Below the pieces are notes generated by a model. The model saw nothing but the letters and a program-made list of their open reading frames with translations, ran no database searches and was not told the DNA's origin. A stretch of DNA of 64,000 nucleotides from Eledone cirrhosa (taxonomy: Eukaryota): positions 252,898,001 to 252,962,000 of the forward strand of contig OZ024743.1 in NCBI GenBank assembly GCA_964016885.1. The letters are read 5' to 3'. The translations under genes and the position numbers were made by a program. Shown here piece after piece: positions 27,718 through 40,874 of this stretch (positions are counted from its first letter, which is position 1; each line of letters begins with the position of its first letter).

Positions 27718-28017
27718 TTTGTGGATGTGTAATATTAACGTGCACGAAAGGTGAAGCATAAACAAACTATAAGGGAGACTAAGCATAAGAGGTATCAAAT
27801 GTGTTCTGGAGAGGAGATTGCGTTGGTATGGACATGTGATGCATATGAAGGACAAGTTGTATAAAAAAAGTGCAGGGCAATGAAAATTGATGGAAGCTGC
27901 GGAGTAGGTAGACCAAGAAAAACCTGGGACGAGGTGATAAAAACTGACCTTGCCTACCTGCACCTCTCTAAGACAATGACACTGGATCAAGACCTTTGGC
28001 GCCATGCAGTGACAGAG
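27718..28017 (+). mobile_element. RTE LINE 3' fragment
   Basis: RRLRWYGHV..GRPRKTW-like sequence. Diverged inverted counterpart of 28870-29175. Confidence 0.75.
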
Positions 28018-28359
28018 GATCTGAGTAACATTGCATACAAACCTAGTCAGTAGACTCCACTTAACTCAATGTACACGGCACCGCCACACCCTACCACACC
28101 CTCCCTCTCCCATTCCGTCCACTGTGTCGATGACACAACAGTCCATACTGTAAGGTGGCCATGTAGGAGACACGGTGAAAAGGCTCCCAGTCCTCACTGT
28201 CAATGTGGTTAGTGTTAGGAAGGGCATCCACCTGTCAAAAAAACCTGCCATAGATGCTTCCGTGCAAGCGAGACATGGTGTCCCGACCATTCCCGCATCA
28301 AATGGAACAAAACCGTCTAAACTATGCTACCATGGAAGATGGACGTTAAACGATGATGA

Positions 28360-28411
<52 letters not shown>

Positions 28412-28864
28412 ATGTATATACAGTGTATATATATATATATATATATAATCATCATCATCAGCAGCATCTATTAACGTCCATCGACCACGCTAGCCTGGGT
28501 TAGACGGGAGTTGTCCCAATTTGAGGCAATGTTGGTCGGGTGACCGTGTCTCGCTCATATCTGGCAGGTTTTCTATGGCTGGATGGCCTTCCTAACACCA
28601 ACCACATTTACAGTATGGACTGGGAACTCTTAACCATGTTACCTACATAGCCACATTACAGCGTGGATTGCGTTTTTTTTTTGTCGTGACACCTACACGA
28701 TCTCATTTTCTCATTTATTTGGACTGGATGTTGTGGTACCAACTTTACAGAGAGGGGGTGGTGTTGGAGGGAGTAGGAGGATGGAGTGAGGGTAGTGGAT
28801 TGGGGTGTATATTTGGTTAACAGGTGCCTACTGACTGTAGGTTTCGCTTTGTACATAGGCAAGG

Positions 28865-31800
28865 CGGGTCTTCTGTACTACTGCGTGGTGCCAAAGATCT
28901 CGGTCCAGTGACATTGTCTTAGAGAGGTGCAAGTGTGTAAGGGTGGAATTTATCAAATTGTCCCAGGTTTTTCTGGGTCTACCTACTCCTTAACTTCCAT
29001 CAATTTTGAGCACCCTGCACTTTTTTATACATCTGTCGTCTTTCATGCGCATCTTGTGGCCATACCAACGTAGTCTTCTCTTAAGTAAACAGCATCTGAT
29101 CCCTCTTATTCCTAATTTCTCACTTAGTTCATTTATGTTCTGCCGTTCATGTATATTACTATTACACATCCAACGGAGCATTCATGCTTCGTTCCTTTCC
29201 AGTCTGTGCAGGTCCTCTGCATACAATGCCCATGTTTCAATGCCATGTAGCATTGTTGTTCATACACAGGCGTCATTCAATCTGCCTTTTATTTTTAGAG
29301 AGAAACCTTTTGTGGCCAACAGCGGTAAAAGCTCTCTGAACTTTTTCCAACCCATTCTGACTCTGGCTACCATACTTTCAGAGCACCCTCCACCACTGCT
29401 GATTTTGTCACCCAGGTAACGGAAAGTGTCCACTATTCCTATAGAACCAGCTGGGCAATAGAAGGAGCTAGTATCCTGTGCGCACTTGCTACTTATTGCA
29501 CCTGAGCATCGGCCACATATAAAGTCTACGTTCTTAGGTTTTCCTTTCTACAAACTAGAACTTTAGTCTCAGACAAGTTAATTTTAAGGCCTTTTTATTC
29601 TAGGCCATGCTTCCATGTTTCGAATTTCTTCTCTAGTTCAGCCATAGATTCAGCTATGAGAGTTAGATCATCTGCGTATAGGAGTTCCCATGAGCAGCCG
29701 GTCTTAAACTCTTATGTTATAGCCTGGAGGGCAATAATAAATAGGAGGGGGATAAGGACAGAGCCTCGATGAATACCAACTTTTACACTAAATTCTTCAC
29801 TATATTCATTGTTAATTCTAACCTTACTGACTGTTTCTTTATACATGGCTTGTATAGCTCTCGCAAGCCTTTCATCTACACCTAGTTTTCGAAGAGCCCA
29901 CCAGATAATGGAGCGGGGGACTCTCTCAAATGCTTTCTCCGGGTCTACAAAAGCTAAGTAGAGGGGTTTACTTTTAGCTGGCTACTTCTCCTGTAGTTGT
30001 CGTACAAGGAAAAGGGCATGTGTGGTACTTTTACCTGACACTAACCAAAACAAACTGCATTTCATCTAGATCAATTCGCTCTCTCATTTGTTGCGCTATA
30101 ACTCTTTCTGTGACTTTCATGACCTGGTCAACTAACTTAATGCCTCTATAGTTTCCCCTATCTAGAGCATGCCCTTTACCCTTGTAGCAGTTAATGATGA
30201 TGCTGCCATGCCAGTCTTTTGGTATGACCCCATTCTGTATTAATTGGTTTATTATACGGGTGAGCATATTATGTCCCACCATTCCAGATGCTTTCAACAT
30301 CTCAGCAACTATCTCCGAAGGCCCAACTGCCTTGCCTGTCTTCATATCTTTGATTGCCTTACTTATTATACTACCTTTAACTTGCACCACTGGTCCTTCT
30401 ATTGGATCGATTTGGGGCAGACTATCTTTTTCCCATTTATTCTCCTCATTTAACAGTCTTTCATAGTGACACTTCCAAGCTACCTTCTTATCAGTTTCAG
30501 TGAGGGCAAGTACACCATTATCATTGCGGACACACTTCTTCCCGACAATATCACGGTTATCCTTGATACATTGCCTAGCAATCTTGAACACCTCACAGTT
30601 TTGGTCCTCTCGTTGTAGAACATGCTTGAACTTTCTATCCTCTGCTTCCCTTTTTGCAAGGAACACTTGTCTCCTAGCTTCTCTCCTGGCCGCTTGATAG
30701 TGTTCTCTACTTCCCCCATCCTGCCATACTTGTTGGCCTTGATTGTTTCCTCCATCTTACTGTTCCACCACCAAGTTACTCTCCTCCTGCCTATAGGTCT
30801 GCTCCAGCCACAGATTTCATCCGTCGCTTTCAGCAGGTTCACTTTCAAGGATCCCACTGTTCCTCTATATTGTACGTCTCTAATTGCTCTTCGTTATTGT
30901 CAAAGGCATCAAGTAATAAGCTTTTAAATTTGTCAATGGCTATGGGGTCCTTCAACTTCCATATTCTTCTCCTCAAGGTAGGCCTCCTCTGACGTCGAGT
31001 ACGTCTATTCCTGACTATGAGGCCATGTTGTCACTAACTACTAGTATATGTTGGGACGTGCATTCTTCGTGGGGGAGGGATTTAGTGTTTACAACAGACA
31101 CTTTGTCACGTCTTCTAGTAAGGATGCAATCTATCTGGCTGGAGTGTTCTCCTGATCTATAGGTGATCATGTTATTTTCTCGTTTTTCGAAGCTTGTGTT
31201 ACAGATAGTTAGGTTATTAGCCTCAGAGAATTCCAGGATACCGAAGCCTACCTCATTTCTATTACCAAACCCATAGCCTCCATGGATTCCATCATAGCCA
31301 TTACTATGTTGTCCAACGTGACCTTTTAGGTCACCAGCAATAATTAAGTAGTCACTGTCGGTTATTTGGGAGGTAGTGTGCATTAGCGACTCATAGAACC
31401 TCTCCTTTATAACGTCATGTAGACCAGATTGGGGTGCATAAGCGGATATTATTGTCACAGTAGTTCTATTTAGAACTAGTCTCATCTTAATTATTCTCTC
31501 ATTCACTCTATTTACGTCAATTACCTTATCTACTCATTTTTCAGCTAACATAATTCCTACTCCACCCAGTCCGTTGTCATTTCCCACCCAGAAAAGTTTA
31601 TAGTATCGTTTTTTAACCACAATGAATCTGGCAGACCCACATCTCCACCTAGTATCTTGAACACAACAAACATCAACCTCTTTACGTCCAAGCATCTCTA
31701 CAACCTCATTTGAGCGACCTTTCAATGTACCTACATTCATGGTACCAACTCTGAAGTTGGGAGGGTGGAATGGATGGGTTGGAGGGGCAGGGAGGGTGTG

Positions 31801-31960
31801 GGAGATGGAATTATGTTGGTCATCTATGTTTGAAATAAAGAGGGGTCCTTGCATTCTCGTCCTGCAGCGGGGGGTGAATTTATCTTTATCTGTGACATTG
31901 TCATTGAGTGTTCAGACTTTCCAAATTCCGCAGTCCACCTAGCAAACCGAAAATCAACCA
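28865..31960 (-). mobile_element. RTE-clade LINE, near full length, degenerate (APE endonuclease + RT)
   Basis: MNVGTLKGR..DVCCVQDTRW, ISAYAPQSG, SQIDCIL, MKTGKAVGP, YKGKG..NYRGIKL, LLYADDL (~29670), RRLRWYGH. Many frameshifts. Confidence 0.9.
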
Positions 31961-32101
31961 GGTCTAAACTTAAGGAGTAATAACTGAAGTGGTAGCATTG
32001 CTATACAGATTGGTAAGAGAACTTACTATAAACCGCTGAGTTATGATTGGACCATATAGCAATGGTGGTGTGCGGGGGTGGGATGGCGGGAAATGGGTAA
32101 T

Positions 32102-32667
32102 TAGGAGAAGGTCAGTTTTTAGGAAGAGTCCAAACAGAATGATGCATATTATTAAAAACATGCAAATTATTAAATGAAAATCCAAGAGAAAAAGGGGAGA
32201 TTAGAATTCTAGACTGGCTGGACTATGGAAAAAATGGAAAGTTTTGCTTACATTTCTCGAATCGACAAATCGTCCGTAAAGAGAGATTAGATAGATGAAT
32301 TCTGGCCTTTAGAACCCTGCAAGGTTTATTTTATACTTGCAGGCAGAAGTGGGGAATGGGAACGTGAGAAGGAGCAAACTGTATACAAAGATAGTGAGCG
32401 AGGTGAAGGAAGGTTCTAGAATAATTAATTAATAATAATACTAGGAGAAGGTTAGTTTTTAGGAAGGGTCCAAACAGAATGAGGCATATTATTTAAAAAA
32501 CCTGTAAAATATTAAATGAAAATCCGAGAGAAAAAGGGAAGATTAAAATTCTAGACTGGCTGGACTGCGGAAAAAATGGAAAGACAAGTGCTTTACTTAC
32601 ATTTCTCAAATTGAAAAATCGTCCGTAAAGAGAGATTAGATAGATAAATTCTGACCTTAAAACCCTG
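32102..32667. repeat. ~225-bp diverged direct duplication (32102-32320 / 32442-32667)
   Basis: Both copies run taggagaagg.....tttaggaag...tctagactggctggact...cgtccgtaaagagagattagatagat. Confidence 0.85.
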
Positions 32668-32755
32668 TATATATATAAGCAGCGAAAAGCGGATGTAAAA
32701 TGATGATGATGATGATGATGATATATATATACATATATAAATATATATATTCAAT

Positions 32756-32900
32756 TATGTAATAAACAACACAATATAATTATTCCATTACTCAAGGTTT
32801 CATGAATTCAGACAATTCAAACACAGGCATCTGAAGCCGTTCATCTGACTGTGTGAAACCTTGGATAATGAAATAATTATATTGTGTTGTTTATTGCATG
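32756..32900. repeat. ~47-bp-arm inverted repeat
   Basis: aataaacaacacaatataattattccatta..aaggtttca / tgaaaccttgg.taatgaaataattatattgtgttgtttatt. Confidence 0.8.
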
Positions 32901-32962
32901 ATAAAATAGCACTGTACTATACATAGGGCACACTTCTTTCCTTTACCTTTTCCACGAAAATA

Positions 32963-33033
<71 letters not shown>

Positions 33034-33049
33034 TTTGTTTTTGAATTTG

Positions 33050-33272
33050 TTTTGGTGTACGACAGAACAAAGGAGAGACACACAAAACAAAAACCTAATC
33101 ACTGAGAAGCTCACAAAATATGTGACGAAAGAGCTTTGACAATATATAAACAACCTTCCAGTTATCAAACCAACCAACCAACCAGCCAACCGGAAATTTA
33201 TAATAAATTGAAGTGAAAACCAACAGGTGCATGTGTTTTTATTGGCAGCATGACGCTCCCAAAGTATAACTA
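33050..33272 (+). mobile_element. Solo pLTR-like fragment of the sister PLE family (degenerate hammerhead at 33099-33139)
   Basis: 33195-33270 matches 15180-15259 and ends ATGACGCTCCCAAAGTATAAC + (TA)n. Confidence 0.7.
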
Positions 33273-33289
33273 TATATATATATATATAT

Positions 33290-35615
33290 TAGGTATAGGA
33301 TTATCCTGGTTACAGTAATGGTTAATTACTACACTGGATAGAGTTGACGTACAGTGAGAGGTTACTCAACGAGTTATGGAAGAATTGTTGAAGAAACTTA
33401 GTTCCTGATCTTCTGTATTCCGGAGTGTAGATAAAGAATGAATAATAACAGGTAGACATCATAAAAGGTAATTTATTCTGTGCGCTTACAAATGTTTCCA
33501 CGGTGGTAGTACAGCCTAGTTATGCTATGTGCAAATTTATAACTATTTGCAAAACGCAATTATCAAATGCTGTGACCACTGTATCATCAGAGCAGAATGG
33601 TTAAAATGTACAATGTAAATACCCATAAGTGAGGTTATTGGGGAAGATAGAGTAGAAAAGGAAGAGAGAAAAGAAGGGGAGAGAGAGAGATATATATATA
33701 TGCAAGGGTTGGAGAAATGGGAGAGAGTGGTTTGTAGATATCTTAATCAAAATGTTGTGGTAGGGGTTTTATTATACTGGTTACTCTTAAAGCGACCACC
33801 TTAAGCGATGCGTTGATAGTCAAGGTTGGAATTATTTATTGCCACAGAGGGCAGGTTCATATATGTGGAAAGAGAGGGAGGTGGACTTAGGGCGAGAGAG
33901 AGCGAAAGTGGAATGGATAGAGAGGGAGAGATAGAGAGAGGACAGACGAAAGCTATGGGGTGGGTGTACATTGAGTTCATAGTAGTAATCTACAAATTGC
34001 ACTAAGTTTCCATTTATAGTGATAAGCAGAGTATTGTCTTGTAGTGTGTAGGAAGAGAAATTGGTTAGCTAGAAAGCAATGTTATAGTTACGGGTTCTAA
34101 TGTTAAGTTATTTTATAGTGAGAGAATTTAGCCTTCAGTTTGTGGTTGCAGTATAATGATCGTTCGATTCTATCATTTAGTAATTTATTTTTAGATTTTA
34201 AGATGTAAAAGAGTTCAAGGTTACATAACCTACAGTACTTTAATCCACTCCGATATGCACTAGCGCTGGAAAGTATATCCCATTTAAAGGTGAACTGTTG
34301 ACTGGTCTTGTTGGCAAGTGTGGTCACAAAATGGTGATCAGGATGTTTAATTGAGAACCGATGACGGTACCAGCGAGATTTAAAGGAGGTAGTGGTAGAC
34401 CCGTGGTAATACCATTTCTGGTCGTTCGATTCAACAGTGCATTGGTAAACAATGTTGGACTCTAGACATTTATTCTTCAATGGACATCTTTCAGGTAGGT
34501 GGCAGTTACAGTTTTTGTTGTGGGTAGCCGGTATACCATGGATAGGTTGTGATAGCAGTACAGGTGGGTTGTGTAATCTCTGTCTCCTATTTAGTGGTTG
34601 GGAGGCCGATATTACTTTATGATCATCTGTTATTAAAATATTTTGTTTTGTAGTGTTGTTTAATTGCTTTAAATTAAGTTTTTTTATGTATGCTTCAAGG
34701 TTTGGTGCCGAGGAGTATGATAGTTTAATAGTTTTAGAGTTCTGAATTTTACCGTATTTATGGGAACTAGGGAAATGCTTGTTGATTAACTTAAAGAATG
34801 AAAGAGATAGTTTTGTACTAATCGAAGCATTAAAAATGGGATTATACCAGATATACTTTCTACAACGTGATTTATTGGGTGATGATTTTCTATTATTAGT
34901 ATGTCTGGTGGTACTGCGTGTGTGCGCTTGTATTTCAGTACCCCGGTTACGTATTCTTTGATTTTGTGTAGAGCTATGTGTGTTATGGAGATTCTTATCA
35001 ATGTATTCTATTGTATCCCGGTGGTTGGCATTCCTTAATGCATTATTATAGTATTCAGCATGTTCACTAAAAATCTCAGAGTCAGACGATAGGCGAGAGA
35101 TTCTAAGAGAAATACTACGGGGAACCGATTTTATCATGGAAAGTGGGTGGTTTGAGTTAAAATTGATATAGGTAAGGTTCTCATTTATCTTGTGGAAGGG
35201 TCATATAAGTCCGGTATTTAAATTAAGAGTTACGTCTAGAAAATGTTCTACTTTAAGATTGTATTCGTACGTTATTTTTAGACCCAGTTCACTAAAAGAT
35301 TTTCTAATGTTTTTCCGTAGCCTTTCAAGATTTTGGTTATTTAAGTTATTAACTAATAAGAGCTCGTCATCTCTGTATATCCCCCCCCCCCTGTAGATTA
35401 CTAAATTTACCATGTAGTATATGTAAATTCCCACAAGATCGGTGACCTCCGCTAAGTCGTTGGAACCCATGGTAATGTCGAAGTTTGTGGGTCTGTCCTT
35501 ACGTTCCCAGTAGCAGTTATCAAACTTGATAATAGTTTTTCTAGCCTCTAGAATATTATTAATTTCGTCCTCGGTTAGGTCGGAATTGACTTTAGTAAAC
35601 GATAGGGCCTTACGT
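33290..35615 (-). mobile_element. 5'-truncated Penelope-like element, second type (GxYRDD RT, CNC..CPL linker, GIY-YIG)
   Basis: MGSNDLAEVTDLVG, GIYRDD, FLDVTLNL, SNHP, WYNP.F, IKLSYS, CNCH..CPL..CL..NIVYQC..YYHGST..FKSRW..H. (TA)n at both ends. Confidence 0.88.
33473..33598 (-). ncRNA. Type I hammerhead ribozyme with long stem II (3' UTR of PLE type 2)
   Basis: Minus strand reads attctgct-CTGATGA-tacagtggt...accaccgtg-GAAA-catttg-TA-agc(gca)cagaat. Confidence 0.75.
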
Positions 35616-35640
35616 AATTATATATATATATATATATATG

Positions 35641-35684
<44 letters not shown>

Positions 35685-36183
35685 TATATATATATTTATA
35701 ACCGTATGTGCTTCACAGCTAAGAGAAAAAAATACTCAATACTGATGTAAATAGTGAGTCTTATTATACTGTTTTATACTATTTTATTCTTCTCGGACTG
35801 GGTGATGTGTTGTTTCCTTGAGCAAGACACTTTATTTCACATTGCTCCAGTTTACTCAGCTGTAGAAATGAGATGATATGACTGGAGTCTCTATCATTCC
35901 ACTGCAAAGGGGTCCTGGAGGTGCCACGGCAAAAAAGTACCCAGCCCACACTGTAAAGTAGACATGTAGGCGCCACGGTAAAAAAACGCACCCAGCACTC
36001 ACTGTAAATGACGTTGGTGTTAGGGAGGGCATCCAGCTGTAGAAATCAAGTCAGAATCAGTTCCCGTATGAGCAAGAGAAGGTCAGCCGAGCCGACACTG
36101 CCCACAACAGGACAACCTGTCTAACCCATGCTAGCATGGAAGAATGGACTTAAAAACGCTGATGATGATAATGATGATGACGA

Positions 36184-36229
<46 letters not shown>

Positions 36230-36343
36230 GTACGTACATACTAATATATATATATATATATTTTTTTTTTATATACATATGCACGGATGCACACACACAA
36301 ATAAACACACACTCACACAGAAACACACGCATTCATATATGTG

Positions 36344-36377
<34 letters not shown>

Positions 36378-36570
36378 AACGGAAAAAATGAAACGAAATT
36401 TCATTTCCCACTCTTAGTACGGCTGTTACTTAAATATAAGTATGTACACGTACATACATATATGTATACAGACGTACAGTAGTATGTATATATATATACA
36501 TACATGCACACATATATATATATGTACGTATGGATTCACCGAACATTTATTATAATGCTCGGTGTGTTTG

Positions 36571-36629
<59 letters not shown>

Positions 36630-36791
36630 AAAAATGTCTGAAAACAGTTCTTGTATCTGTGGAGCATGAAATTGAATGGAACTGCTGGCATTTTATATAT
36701 TTTCTTTTCTTCCATAGATAGAATATAATATAATGTGATTGATATATACATACAAATATATATATAATATATATATCTATATCTATATATA

Positions 36792-36844
<53 letters not shown>

Positions 36845-37193
36845 ATATATATATACATGTATATATATATATATATATACGTACATATATATATATATCT
36901 ATGTATGTATGTATTAGTAAAAGTATATGGCTATGTGCGTATTATTATATTCATCATCATCATCTAACATCCGTTAAATGATAATGATAATCATGATGAT
37001 AATTATGATACAAAACACTGTATGTATACAAGTATATATAGATATAATCATATAAATATATATAATGTATATATATATAATGTATATATATATAAATATA
37101 TATAAATATATACACACACACTCACACACATATATACACGCATATATATATACATTCATAAGTATATATGAATATGGTATACATATATGTGCT

Positions 37194-37237
<44 letters not shown>

Positions 37238-37270
37238 TAGATAGATACATATATATATACTTACATATAC

Positions 37271-37325
<55 letters not shown>

Positions 37326-38237
37326 TGTTAATACGAATATATATGAAGAATCCCCTGCAGAGGTTTGGTTGTGTATTTAATATTGTATGTATTTGGCTGC
37401 AATTCTGTCTGATAAGTTCTGATATGAAAATTAAAAGGAAACAATAGAGTATTGCCTTCTCGGTGTGTTCGTCTTGGTATAAGTGAAGCAGTGATGTAGG
37501 TTAATCAGAGGGACGTCTATAGAAGCAACCATCATGACAGCCTGTCGACAATGATTTTCACTTTAATATGGGCGATATCTGTGCTGGGACATTCATTATG
37601 GAAATGTCTGTACTTTGATGGTTCTTACAGATTACTAACTGATATCTATATGTAATTTTTTTTCAATGTCTCGGTATTGAGGTATTGCAAAAGAATTTTG
37701 TAAACAATCTGTGGATGTGTGTGTGTATGTATGTATCTATGTATGTATCTATGTATGTATGTATGCATGCATGTATGCATGTATGTATGCATGTATGTAA
37801 GGTAGTATGTGTGCGTGCATATATGTATTTATAGGCGTGTATATATATATATATAGAGAGAGAGAGAGGTGTAACACTTGGAGTCGTAGTGGTGCTATGG
37901 TGACGTACGCCATGTCTTAGGTATTTTAAAACTTGGTGGAAACCCCTCCCCTCTCCAGGTTTGAAACCCCTCCCCTCTTCCAGAAGAGAGTGTTAGAGAG
38001 AAAAGGTGAGGAGATGTAAAGGAAGAATCGACACCAGTATTGGTCTGGCACTTATTTCATCGACTTCAAAAGAATAACAGCCCAGGTTAACCACCAGAAA
38101 TCAACTCTAAGAGAGTGCAGAGGGCAGGAATGTAACCTGCAAAACATTTTTATCAATATTCTAATGACTCTGCCAATCTGACACTCTGTATATATATATG
38201 TGTCTGTGTATATATATATATATTTATCTAGATATTC

Positions 38238-38283
<46 letters not shown>

Positions 38284-38439
38284 ATATATATTTTTGTTCA
38301 ATTAAAGAGAGTTAGATGATTTAGAATCAGCCAAATTTTATATAACAGGTGCCAAAAACTCAACAGCATATGTTTATCCGGAGTTTTGTTATAAGGATAA
38401 TAAAGAAAAGACTTTAGTACATCCCTTTTTAGTCTTTTG

Positions 38440-38475
<36 letters not shown>

Positions 38476-38478
<3 letters not shown>

Positions 38479-38736
38479 CCTTACGGGGTGGATAAAATAA
38501 AGTACCAGTAATGCACTGGGTAATTGCTGGCCTTGTGCCTAAAGTAGTAACAATTATTATTATTGGCGGTGGATTGGCAGTATTGGTAGAGGGTCGGACG
38601 CCTTTCTTTGACGCATAGAGTTGCGGCCCTTGCCATTCTGAGTTCAACTTTGCCTCACGTGGTCGATAAAATAAAGTACCAGTAATGCACTGGGATAATT
38701 GCTGGCCTTGTGTCAAAAGTAGAAACAATTATTATT
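38476..38736 (+). mobile_element. Two head-to-tail type 1 SINE pieces inside an (ATT)n tract
   Basis: A SINE 3' half, then (ATT)n, then an internally deleted SINE (tggcagtattggtagag...gagttcaa...aaagtacc...agaaacaattatt). Confidence 0.8.
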
Positions 38737-40820
38737 AAGATTTGGGTCGATGTGCTAGCAAAGCGGTTGACGCTGTCGTTGGTGGTCTGGTGGGAGAGGC
38801 GCAGACATGCGCCATTCCAGAGAGATCCATCCACGACAACCTTCACCTCATGCGATACATTGTGGAGAGAGTAGCTAGGGAACGTTCACCGGCGGGTCCG
38901 TGATCAATTTAGATCAGTCGAAAGCTTTCGATAGGGTCTACTATTGTTATCTGGTGGCAGTCTTGAGGGCGGCTGGCTTTGGACTCGTCTTCAGAGACTG
39001 GATCGCTGCCATGCACAGCGACATCTGCTCTGTGCTAAGAGTGAACGGTCACCTTTCGGAACCGTTCAATATTATGTGTTCGGTCCGCCAAGGATGCCCC
39101 CTCTCATCCCTCTTGTACGTATTGACACTCGAGTCATTAGTGCACAAACTGGAGACATTGAGGGGGGTCCCGCGCGAACTAGGATGTGGAATATCCGTGT
39201 CAGCCTATGCGGTCGATGTCACCGTAGTGGTATGAAATGCCAAAGACATCGAAGAGATCAGCACAACACTGAAGCGGAGACAGGAGCAATGATCAACCAG
39301 GAAAAGTCGGTGGGCCTGTAGCTTGGCACCTGGAGAGGCAGAGGCAGGTCCATGTCGTCCAACAGCGTCGTCGAGCGCTGGACGGACGGACCAGTTAAAT
39401 TGCTAGGGGTCTGGTTCGGTCCGGACCTCCAGACGGACAAAATCTGGGACGAGGTGACGAGCTGGGTGGCTTCTCTCACCCAGAAATGGGTAGAGAGGAA
39501 GCTATCCCTGAAAGGTCGAGCGGAGGTGGCAAATGCGTACGTCGCGTCTGTTATCTATTACCCCTGACCGTCGTGCCTTGTCCTAAGCCTCGCCTGACTG
39601 CGCTGGAGTGTTTTCTCTTTCCCTTTTTGTGGAAGGGACACGCTCCGAAGGTCAGGCGGTCCATCTGCTGTCAACACCCGCTGCGTGGAAGGCTGGGCTT
39701 GCCGTGGCTGATGAATTGCAGACACGCACTCAGGCTACGACATCTCCATCTCTTCCTCAACGGTGATCAGGTGGGGTCACTGTTTGCTAGACGCGTCTTT
39801 CCCCAGCTCGTCTCCTTGACGGAGCTGCAGTCCTGGGTCAAGCGAAGAACGAGAGGGAGCGCTTGGAGACTGGAATGTCTTCAGGCGCTCACAGCCCTCG
39901 ACCAATCGGGCAATGTGATCGGTGGAAACACCAGCTTGGCGTTCTATAGGATATTAGTGGAGGGGAAGAGCGACGACGTACTTGGGGAAAATCTAGCCGT
40001 CGATGAAAAGCAACTAGCCAATCTCATCGGAAGAACTTTTCGGCCGGGGCCTATGGACAACTTCCAGAAATCCCTGGCATGGCAGTGCTACCGAGGAGCT
40101 TTGCCAGTTCGGGTTAAACTCTACAGGCATTGAAGTGCCGTCAGCCGGGCATATCTGAGATGCGCGCAGGGCGACGAAACCGTCCTGCACGCACTCGTCC
40201 AGTGTCCGAGCATTGCTGACTTGTGGGTTTATGTCGAACACCTGCTGTCGTGTGTAGTATGGATCCGGCTATCAGCTGAGTCCATTGTGAGGATTGCCCC
40301 GCCCTCTTCCTTTAGCCGAGAAGGGCAGGCAGATTTTATCTGTCTGGTGGCCATGGCGAAAGAGATAGTATGGTGGACTTGTTTGAAAGGGCTGAAGACG
40401 AGCACTTACCTCTTCAGTGATGCCCTGATTAACTTTTTCAAATTTCATTTGAAAAGGAAAATCAGGGTAGAGAGGGAAGTGCTCTCTCCCGGCATTTTGT
40501 TGAAAGATGGGTGAGAGAGGCAAGAATGGCCCGAGTGAATGGGCCTACTCTGAGTATGTGTCTGTAAATTAAAGGTGGAAAACTGGGAGAGGGCACTTGC
40601 CCTGGTGGTCGGGGTCATCGTGGCTTTTTTAATGAGCTTTCTCCACGATGGCCCTCGGAAGTCTCCCCCCATTGGGGAAGTTTTCATTGTTTCTTTTTTG
40701 TTTCATCCTCTGTTTTTGTTTTTTTACACGCATAAATGCCCATTTGTACCGTCCTGTATTGTCCTGTACTGTCCTTAATGTCTACTTTATGTAAACCCTT
40801 GTGGTTAATAAAGAAAACCT
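38737..40820 (+). mobile_element. 5'-truncated L1/Tx1-clade LINE (RT + C-terminal), related to 17228-20195
   Basis: DQSKAFDRV, VRQGCPLSSLLY, GPVKLLGVWFGPDLQ, MDNFQKSLAWQCYRGALPVR shared with the first copy. (ATT)n lies on both sides. Confidence 0.92.
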
Positions 40821-40842
40821 TATTATTATCATTATTACTATT

Positions 40843-40874
<32 letters not shown>

